From the IMG/VR virus record IMGVR_UViG_3300043410_001001, positions 1-27,898 of that record: 27,898 nt of DNA. One strand, written 5' to 3'. A program made the translations under genes and the position numbers. Position 1 is the first letter of the stretch, and every line of letters begins with the position of its first letter. Positions 1-10,400 of the stretch are shown here, one piece after another. This DNA is from a virus. Lineage: Duplodnaviria > Caudoviricetes. Under the pieces are notes generated by a model. The model worked only from the letters and a program-made list of their open reading frames with translations, was not told the DNA's origin and searched no databases.

Positions 1-786
1 TACGTTGTTGATAGCATATTGTTGATTATAGTTACCCATTCCTGACCATTCTGAATATTCAGGGTCTGCATCTTGAGAATATGTTAAGTAACCGCCTTGT
101 GTACTATAAACTCCAGCAGCAAACGGAATATATACTTCAGTTTGACATGGGCAGCTTGGATAGCATCCTTTAAAGTGTACATAACTAACACAACCGCAGC
201 AGTTGATATCACCGCCATACGCACAGGCAATCCAACCTCCTGGACATTGGTTACAAACAATTGCGCAGTTATCGCAACCTGTTGGTGAATTATAACGTGT
301 TGTACAGAATGTGCAATATAAGTAACAGCAATAAGCAGAAGTCGATGTAGAACAAATTGCAATACCACCACGTCCGCCTTGTGCGCACATACATCCGCCG
401 GTATAACCGCACAGATCTCGAGCATTACCCCATCTTAAATATGTAGGATCGCTGCATCCTGAAAAACACAAGCTATGGGAGTTACAAGACATTGACGGAC
501 ATGCGCAGATATAACTTCCGCAAAATACCGCAATGGTCTTTTTACTATACCCAGGAGCGTTGCCTGGAAGGCCAAATCCGCAACAGCACATACGAGCACC
601 GCTGCCTGCTGCGCCCCACATCTCAATAGTTAGTGTTCCACAACCAGGGGATGTCCAGCAATATAACATGTCTGATCTAATACATGAATACATGCCAGTT
701 GGCGAGACCGTCCAGACCTTGCCTTTTTCAAGATTATCCTGATTGGCTGTAATCTCTCTTGTAGATAATAGGTCTGATAATTTCAT
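1..786 (-). CDS. Cys/Gly-rich putative virion (fibre-tip/receptor-binding) protein, 3'-truncated by window edge
   Basis: Not in ORF track. Manual translation from ATG at 786 (AGGGAAAAGAAATG) stays open to base 1: MKLSDLLSTREITANQDNLEKGKVW...IEMWGAAGSGARMCCCGFGLPG...; 31 Cys in 262 codons. The E-x-WGAxGxG motif resembles glycine-rich domains of phage fibre proteins. Confidence 0.8.
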   Translation of the reverse strand, partial: MKLSDLLSTREITANQDNLEKGKVWTVSPTGMYSCIRSDMLYCWTSPGCGTLTIEMWGAAGSGARMCCCGFGLPGNAPGYSKKTIAVFCGSYICACPSMSCNSHSLCFSGCSDPTYLRWGNARDLCGYTGGCMCAQGGRGGIAICSTSTSAYCCYLYCTFCTTRYNSPTGCDNCAIVCNQCPGGWIACAYGGDINCCGCVSYVHFKGCYPSCPCQTEVYIPFAAGVYSTQGGYLTYSQDADPEYSEWSGMGNYNQQYAINNV

Positions 787-799
787 TTCTTTTCCCTAA

Positions 800-1126
800 T
801 TATGGTCCAACAAAAACCCAACCAAATGTTGAGCCTGAATAAATCATTGTTATTGCCGCATTGTTAAGATTTAAAACTAGATCTTCTGATAAGTTTTGAA
901 TCTTATTACCGTTTCTGGCAATAGTAACGTTATTTGTAGCAAAGTTTCCAGCCACATCAATAATTTGAATCGTGTCACCTGTTGAGGGCGATGCTGGTAG
1001 AGTAAGAGTAAATGCTGACGATGTTGCATCGGCAAAAATTCTTTCTCCAGAGTTTAAAGTTGTTGATCCAGTTAACGTTCTATTTGTTACTGCATCTGTT
1101 CCGAAGGATGATACCTGTCTTCCCAT
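800..1126 (-). CDS. Small virion protein consisting of one T4 gp34 (proximal tail fibre)-like repeat
   Basis: DATSSAFTLTLPASPSTGDTIQIID...NNVTIARNG...GW pattern resembles gp34-type repeat units; SD AGGAGA upstream. Confidence 0.65.
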   Translation of the reverse strand: MGRQVSSFGTDAVTNRTLTGSTTLNSGERIFADATSSAFTLTLPASPSTGDTIQIIDVAGNFATNNVTIARNGNKIQNLSEDLVLNLNNAAITMIYSGSTFGWVFVGP

Positions 1127-1147
1127 TTTATGTTATCTCCTAATATA

Positions 1148-1468
1148 TTAAGTTGTAGATGTCTCAATACCAAACGCATTTACTGATACGTTTGCATTGC
1201 TGGCATAAACAACTAAATTCTTACCAGCATTCATCATAAGTCCTGTTCGTTCCATTACTCCGTTTGCACCAACTTGAACATCATATTCAATGTATTCTGC
1301 GTTGGTTGGCGTTGAAGTAGCGGCTAATGCCATTCTAATACTCACTGCTGTCGTTCCTCTGTTTAGCACGTTAACTGACAGCACGGTGAAATAACCAGTC
1401 GGTACGGTATAAACTACGGTATTGGTAGCTGACGCTAATGCCGATTGTCCTAATAATCCAGTTGCCAT
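1148..1468 (-). CDS. Small beta-rich virion structural protein (family member 3 of 3)
   Basis: 106 aa; T-x-x-YTVP, V-x-x-x-N, L-x-x-G-x-x-L and final V-x-x-x-E pattern shared with 16641-16973 and 20759-21127; SD GGAGA. Confidence 0.65.
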   Translation of the reverse strand: MATGLLGQSALASATNTVVYTVPTGYFTVLSVNVLNRGTTAVSIRMALAATSTPTNAEYIEYDVQVGANGVMERTGLMMNAGKNLVVYASNANVSVNAFGIETSTT

Positions 1469-1482
1469 TTATATTTTCTCCA

Positions 1483-4400
1483 TTATTTGTTCAATAAAAA
1501 GTAGTTTAATACTAGTGGGTCGCCAGCAATACCACCTTTGAAATTCACCTTAGTATTTATGTTGATTTGAACATTCGTAGTAGTAGCGATGGTTTGTCCA
1601 GCTATGTAAACAACACCAGCAGTTAGGGTGTTTACGTTCAAACTAGAACCACCACCACCAATTTGGCTGGTAATATATGCTTTAATAGCACGTTGCGTAG
1701 GAATCACGCTGTCCGAATCTTGTGTAAAGAACGGATCTGTACTAAATTCGCTGATCGTTGCACCTGATCCACCCAATGCTACAGAACCCAAGCTCAACTC
1801 GTTCAAACCTGCAATATTAAATGCATCAGCATTCAAAGTTGCAACACCAGTTGATTGCTCAACGTTGAACAATCCACCAACTCTAAAGTTACCGTCTTGG
1901 TCAGTACTTGTATAGAACACACGACCGCCCTCTGATCCTACGGTTTCATTAGCAGGAACTGGGTCTTGTAATGGTAGGTCTGGGTAATTTGTTTGTGTTT
2001 TATTACCTGTACCAACATCTAAGAAGTCATGTCCTGTTAAACGAACTTGTGAATAACGTCTACGAATTGTTATTGCAGTCTCGTGATCTGGTGCTTCAGC
2101 AGCACCTATTGCGGGGCTCAATTGTAATGTTGCATTATAAGTACCGTCTGTGTTTGGTAGTAAACCTGTTACGGTAACTAATCTGTACCAAACATCATTA
2201 ATACCTGCAATTTGTACGTTAGAACCTGCTCGAGGAACATCTGTTAAATTCTTAAATCCAACATACGAACTTACTTGGTAGTTGTCTGCATATCCGTCAC
2301 CTGTAACGGTCGCAGATGCTGCTGTGTAACCTGTACCCCTATTAGTCCAAATTGGCTGGCCTAGGGCTCCATCACCTACTCTAACTTCAACGGTTGCATC
2401 TGACCCGGTATTGTTAGGATCAGTAATAGTCATTGTTGGAGCACTGGTATATCCACTACCTGGTTCGTGAATCCAAATTTCTGTAATTTGGTTATTGGCT
2501 ACATAAGCTCTTGCTCTAGTTTTTGCACCAGCAACAATTCCTTGAGCTTTTGGACTTGTTGGAGCAACGGCAATCCATTTTGGACTTCCGGATATACTAC
2601 CTAAAGCAGATGCTACATATTCTTTAGCCACAACCGCAGTCATTGTTCCAGAGGCTGCAGAAAGAACTAATGCAGAGCCTCCTTTAGATGTAGAAATTGA
2701 GAATTGTGTAGTGTTTGTAGATTCAACACTGATTACCCAATAGTAAGTATCATTTCTAACACCGCCAAATGTTGTACCAGTGAATCTAATGCGATCATTT
2801 ACGCTGATATTTGCAGTTGTATCTGCTGTTGTTATTAAGTTTGTATTCAATACAAAGTTAATGCTTGCAGCGCCGTTAGATGCAGTAGTTGGAAGTGCTA
2901 CGTTTCTATAATTTCCATAGGCTGCTGCGTTCCAGTTACGTGTTGCAGGCAATGCTGGACCTTCAATCCATGTTATACCATCGGTAGAATAAGCAGTTCT
3001 TGTAGAATTGTAAGCAAAAGCAGTATAAGCACCACCGCCATATACAACTCTATACCAACGTGCTGCTGCACCTGGCATTGTTGCCGAAGTCCATGAAGTA
3101 CCGTTTGAACTATATGCTGCTTTTGTAGAAGTACCGTTTGGTCCGCCAGCAACCGTTACAAATTTACCGCCACCATAAACTACTGAACTCCAGTAATCGG
3201 CACTTGGTAATGTATTTCCTGCGGTCCATGTAATACCGTCTGTTGAGTATGCACTCAATTGACTTGTTGCTGTAATACCAGTTACCACAACATAATAGGC
3301 TGTTGCACCGGGTTGGCCATAGGCAATACTTGTGTATTCTGTTGAACTTGCACTAATAGTTCCGTTCAGCCATGTTACACCATCGGTAGAATATGCTGTT
3401 CTATTTTGACCACCACTGATTGCAACATATTTGCTGCCAGCATAGATCATATCTGACCACTGACCTTGTGTTGGGATTGCATTTGTTGTACCTGCCCATG
3501 TTACACCATCTGTTGATGTTGCAAGGTGGCGTGTATTTGCTATAACCGCAATATATTGGTTTGATCCGTTATATGCAATTGCGGTATATTCCCAAGAACT
3601 TGATGGTGTTGCTAATGTTACGCTGGTCCATGTTTCACCATCTGTGCTTGAAGCAGCATACGGAGTCGCAACGTTATCATGACCAACAGCTACAAATTTG
3701 CTACCAGTCCAAATTACATCTTGCCAGTATACGCTTGCAGGTAAAGTTCTTGATGTATAACTTCCTGGGTTAGTATCTTTAGCTGTGGTTGTAATTGCTA
3801 GGCTAGCATGTGAACCATCACGCAATGTCCATGTAACTCCGTCTTCAGAAGTTGCAGAATAGTCACCGTATGATGTTACATAAAACACGCCTTGGCCATA
3901 GTTAATCGAACTCCACTCATAAATTCCTGGCAATGTCGATGCAGTCCATGTTTCTCCATTAAATGAATATGCAGCATTTCCGGAACTATCTGAAATTGCT
4001 ACGTAGCGACCGTTTCCGTATGCTACATCAATCCAATTAGAAGTTGTAGAATCATTGTTAGCAGGTAAACTAGTTGCTCCAACGGTCCATGTTGACCCGT
4101 CTGTTGAATAAGCACTTGCTCTGCTAAATCCGCCACCGATCATTACAAATCTGTTATATCCGTAGGTCACTGCCACTGCATCAACGCTTTGAGTTGATGT
4201 TGACCAAGAAGTACCAGTTGTACTTACAGAATAGTATGCAGATCCTGATGTTCTGGAAACAGCAACAAATTTCTGATTACCGTAAGTAACATCTGACCAA
4301 GATGCCGATGTTCCTAAGCTAGCACTGGTCCAATTTATACCATCTGTAGAATATGCCGCAGATGTCCCACCACTGGCCACTGCTACAAAGTAACTAACTC

Positions 4401-7400
4401 CGGTGCTCATTTGACCGTAAGCAATTGCTGTCCATGTTGCAGACGCTGGTAATGTCATTGCAGTCCAAGTTGTTCCATTTTCTGAATATGCACCGCTGGC
4501 TGTGCCGCTGGCAATAGCTACATATTTTGCAGTAACCGCAGTACCTGAAACAGATACGCTGGTAATACCTCCGCTAACACCTGACACGGTATCTACGGTT
4601 ATAGTTAAATCATTAGCAGTTGTTGTACCGCCTAAACTTGTACCTAAAATTGTTACGGTATCGCCTACAGCATAAAGAACGCCAGGAGTATTAATAGTTA
4701 CACTATAAGTTCCATTTCTTCTAGAAACATCAAATGTTGCTAAATTACCACTTCCTGAAGTTGTTCCTGATAATCCTGTGTAAGTTGAGTATCCGTCACC
4801 AAATGCAATGTCAGTCCAGGTAGAACTTGCAGGCAATGTAGATAAAGTTTTTGTAAATGCAGGGGCTGTAAATGATAGTCTTGGAGTAATAACATATGTT
4901 GATGTTAAACTTAGAGAACTAGCAATTGCTGTGCCTGGAACAATATGATCCCAACCAGCTGTGCCTGTTGATTCTTTGTAAACGGTTGCTACTTTAGAAC
5001 CTGAATTGTAAGAATTAATGTATCCGTATTGTCCAGCACCAGTTCCTGCAGTGATATAAACTGCCATTCCAACATAAGCAGAACTTGTTGCAGTATCTGC
5101 TGCCGCTAATGTAATTTGTGTTGCAGTTCCTGCTTGTGCTTGGTTTGATGCTGTTACATATCCAGTACCGCCTACACCGCTTGAATCACCCGGATCTGTT
5201 AATCTAACCTGGAAAACACCGTTATCACGGAATTCCCCCATCCTAGTTGCTGCGCTATACCCTGCACCAGATATTGAGAAAGTACCTGTGTGGTAATCAC
5301 TACCAGCATTACCGTATTCTAATAACAGAATGTTATTTCCGTCGGTGATAACGTTTCTAATATCTGCTTCTGTTGATCGATTATTGATCAAACCTGTAAT
5401 CGGTGTTTCAGTAACGTCAACACCTTCTGCTACAGAACCAAAGTCACCGTAGGAGTTGTTACCGTTCGTACCACGAATCTTACCACCATTTTCTGCTAGA
5501 TAGCCAACATGGCTGTAATAGGTAAAGATTGATACAAGTTCTGCTCGACCTAAATTGGTTACCCATGCACCAATACCGTCACTAATTACCTGTGTAAAGT
5601 CATTAGAAACCATAGAATCAATGCCGCCATTATGTAAAGCGCCGTCAACTTTTTGTCCAACTGCGGCTGTACCAAATGTTGTAACGTTTTGAGTATAAGT
5701 TGATTTGTTAGTTACCCATACACGATCGTCGTTTGGTCCCCAACCGTAATCTAAAGAAACATATGAACCTGCTAAAGGACGTTTTGTTCCAAATTCATTT
5801 GCAGGTAATAGACCTGTTGCACTAACAGGGTTCGCTCCTGGAGTTGTTCCGTCGGAACTTCCATCTAATCCTAACAATGTTTGGTTTCTTACACCACATC
5901 CGTTTCTAACTAGATACATGTCTTCTAGTTTAGAACCAGTTAGTGCATTTCTATAATAGCGAGCTGCTAAAACAGATTTGTAATTTCCGGTATATTTTAA
6001 ATCATAGGCTAATGATTCAACATAATTTCTAATATCGTTTTGACAATATGAACTTTGATAATAGAAAGTCATAGTCATTGAACCAGATGCTGACGATAAA
6101 TCAAGTGCAGCAGTTAATGATTCTGAACTGCTAATTTTAAATTGTGTAGAACTTACAATGCTATAGATATAATATGTTGTTCCTGTTGATACACCGCCAA
6201 ATGTTGTACCTGTAAATCTTACAGCATCGCCAACTTGCATCCATGCTGTGCTTGAGCATGTTAATTTATCATCTGATGTTGTGGCTGTTACGGTTGCTTT
6301 ATATGTATTGTTGATATAAGCTGTGGCTTCTGCTGCTAAAAATTCTTTGTTTAATCTTAAAATTTCTGCAGCATTTAATACATCCAAATCTTTTGTTGGA
6401 ATATTTGTTCCAGTAACAATTGGCAATGCTCCAGAGCTTGCATATCGAATAACGTCTGAAAGTAAAATTTCTACCTGAGATACTGCATCACCAGCAGCAA
6501 CTAACGATGAACGAATACCAATAAAATCAACAATAGAACTTGTAGCTTCTAACTGGCTAGCAAGTACTACTCCGGTTGATGATAGTCCTCTCTGATATGC
6601 CATTCCGTTTTGAATTGACAAGAAGTTTGAACCAAACATCATGTCATATCCTAGTGCATCAACAATATATCCGACGTCTCTTGAGCAAAGAGTTTCGTCA
6701 AAGTCTAAAGTTGCAAACTCTCTCTTGACATATTGAACAGCATCGCTTTGAATTGTAGTTTTAAGTGCTTGTAATGATGTATTAGCACCAGTAAGTGTTG
6801 AACTGACCCATGAAGTTTCAGGTGCAACGGTTGTTGGTGTAGTACCTGTATTAATACAATCACGAATTTCTGTTAGTCTTGCACCTGCATATGTTCCTGC
6901 AGTTGAGCTACCTGCAGTTCCTGTAGTGTCTTGGCTAGCAGCATTTCCTGTTGTTTTGGTCCAGCTTCCAGTATTTCCTTGTGCAATATATGTAATAATT
7001 GCAATCAAACGATTTTGAACTGCAATGGCAGCGGTTTTTTCTGATGATGGTTCAACGAATGTTCCGTTGCTGTAATAAGATCTTGCTGCAATTACGGTTG
7101 CAAGATTTCCACCATACATTAAATCATAATATAATGCTTCAACAATATAACCAATGTCTCGTGTACATGCATTTTGGCCGCTGGTTCCTAAACTGGTCCA
7201 TAGAGAACCATAGTTTAAAACCATATATGCTGTAACTTCTGCTTGTAAGAATGATTTATTAGCAAGAATTAACCTTGCGGCATTGTAATATCCAGAAGTA
7301 TAACCATAAGTTCCACCTGTTGGTGTTGGACGAACATATGAATTTGCATAGGCCAACCCGTTATTAAGAACATCTTTGATTTCTCGTGAGTTATTAATAA

Positions 7401-10400
7401 TAGAAAGTGCTGGTGTAGATAATCTTAATTGTTTCTGTATTTGAGCAAAAATAAAATCAATTGTTGCTAAAGTTGGAGCCTTTTGACTAGCTAAAACAAC
7501 TTCAGTAGAAGTAATTCCTCTTCTATATGAGCTTGCTGTTTTAATTGACATGTAGTTTGACCCAAACAAGAAGTCATAATACAACGCATCAATGATGTAT
7601 CCTGTATCTCGCTTACATAATGTTTCATCGTAAGTAAGTGTTGGGAAATATTCATTAATATATTCAATTGTTTCTGTTTGAATATATGATTTTGCTGCAA
7701 GAATTTTTGCGCCTGCTGTTAGTAAGCCAGCTGCTGGCCATGTAATATCTGGAGCAACGGTTGTTGGTGAAGTTCCAGTATTAATTGTATCGTAGATTTC
7801 CTGAACACGAGTTTGTGCAGTTGTTCCAGCACCTGCAGAACCTGCAGTTCCTGAGGTATCTTGTGTAGATGTGTTACCTGTTGATTTAGTCCAACCACCA
7901 GTATTACCAGTTGCAATGTTATCAATGATGTCTTTAATTCTGTTAACGGTTGCTAACAATGCAGTTTTTTGTCCTGTTGGTTCTACCAACACTCCGTTGG
8001 TATAGTATGAACGGGCAGCAATTACGGTTTGTAAATTTCCACCGTAGGTTAAATCATAGACTAAAGCATCAACAATATAACCCATGTCGCGTGTGCATTT
8101 TGTTTTATCGCCTGCGCTCAATGCCGACCAAATACTATTGTAATTGGTATTCATATATGCTGTAACTTCATCTTGTATAAAAGATTTATTAGCAAGTATT
8201 AAACGAGCAGCATTTAAATAACCAGCATCTGATGCATTGTTTGATCCGCCAGTTGGTGTTGGATAAACAAATGCACTAGCATATGAATCTCCTAAATCGA
8301 TAACTTTCTTCATTTCTAAGATATTGCTATCTGTGAATAAAGTAGCTGCGCCTGTGCCTGTTCCGGCACGTTGTCCTGTTGTATTTTGTGTTTCAGTATT
8401 GCCTGTTGTGGGAGTTACTGCGGTATTTGTTATAATATCGTCAATGATAGACTGAATTCTTTGTAGCGCGGCTACAGATTTAGTTTTTTCGTTTGCTGAA
8501 ATTACACTTGGAGATGCTTCGGTTCTAGTTCCGCGAAGTTCGTCTCCAACAATTGCAGTGTTTGCCGGTACAATAATTGGTAATGTTTCGTAATAATGTC
8601 CAGTTTTAACAAAAATTGTAAAGTGTGGTGTTTCTTCTGCGGGCAATGAATCTGTATTGCCTGCTGTAATTGCATCAGTTACAATAGAAACCAAAGATGA
8701 TACTTGATCTGCTGCATCAGTTTCTGCTGTGTAGGCTGTATCAATTAGTTGTTTAATTCTATTGCCTACAGAAATTCCGTTTAATGTTTGATAATTTGCT
8801 GCTGGTGCTGTATTGGATAAAATACTATCCATTAAAGTTACACCGTAATTAATTGCAGCCACGGTCTGTGCTTCTTGACCACTGATGTAACTTGCTCCTA
8901 GTGTTGTGAAATATGATTGAGCAGCTTCTATTGTTTTAGCATTACCAGTATGAGAAATATCGTAAATTATAGCATCTACCAATAATCCCATATCTCGTTG
9001 ACAAATAGTCTTATCATAAGAAAATCCAGACCAAATTCCAGATCCTGCTGTGATTTGATAATCAACCCATTCTACAATTTCTTTCTGAATAAATGTTCTA
9101 TTGATAGAAAGAAGATATTTTGCATTTGGATATTCAGTGCCTTCTTCAACTTGTTGTGCTGCGTATCTTACACTAGCCCAAGGTTGGTCAATAGTTAGTC
9201 CGTATGTTGGAGCAGGACTATTTGTACCGTGCGGAGCAACATAATAAACTTTCGATACACGACCAAAATATGCCCATGCTGGGTATCCGCCGTCGACAGC
9301 AAGTACTTGTCCTTCATCTCCAATCGGTAATCTTGTTGGACCAGAACCTGAATAATAAACTAAATCACCTGTTGTGGTTAATACGCTTTCTTCGTTGCCG
9401 GCTGTTAATAAGTTCCAGTATGTTCCAAGTGTATCATTATCTGGTCGGCTTGGAGTAGACGCTGTGTGTGCTTGAATACAGATATAAGAATTTGGTCCAT
9501 ATTTTACAGAATCGCCTAGAATATAAGCTGTTGAAGTAACCCAAGTGCTTCTCCATTTAATACCTTCATTTAACAAACTCCAGTAAGAAGCGTTTGGCGG
9601 TTTCTGATTTGAGTTATCGCCTGTGGCAACGTAAGTAAATCCGCCGTTGCGAACAATTTCTCCAACCTTATATGATGTGCTAGAAGACCAGTCACCTGCT
9701 AATCTAAATCCTGTTGTGAATAAATCCCAGTCGGTTGAGTTTGTAGACGGTGTAAATCCACCTGCAGAAATGTGATCAGTTTTGGCAATATAAGTATTAC
9801 CGCCGTAGCGAACAATATCGCCAGGTTGATATGTTGTTCCAGAAGTCCAATCACTTTCAAATTCAACTCCTTCAACAAATTGATTCCATTTTGCAACATC
9901 AGTTACAAAACTTGCTGCTGCGGTGTGATCAGTAATACAAATATAAACACCGCCACCGTTTTTAACTAGATCATTAACTTTATATCTTGTTGCGGTAGTC
10001 CATGCTCCTTTGTATTCAACACCCTGGTTAAAATAATCCCACTTGCCTTGGTCATTTTCTAGACCTAGAGCATTAGTAGCAGCAGATGTATGATAGGTAT
10101 TACAAACATAGGTAGTGCCGCCATATTTAACAACATCACCTAATTTGTATCTAGTAGAAGATGTCCATACACCTTTCCAGTCTAGGCCCTTTGAAAATAA
10201 ATCCCACTTGCTTTGATCTGCTTCTAAACCTAATGCTGATGTAGCTGCGGCAGTATGTGCGGTGTTACATAGGTAGGTATAACCACCGTACTTAACTATA
10301 TCATTTACTTTGTAAGTTGTATTAGCGGTCCAAGCATTTTTCCAATCAAAGCTTTCTGCAAATAAATCCCAATCACTTTGATTAGTTTCTAATGTTGTAG

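Noticed and set aside
84-742. Track ORFs 84-425, 97-288, 435-626 and 533-742
   Set aside because: Alternative-frame or antisense shadows of the real Cys-rich gene at 1-786.
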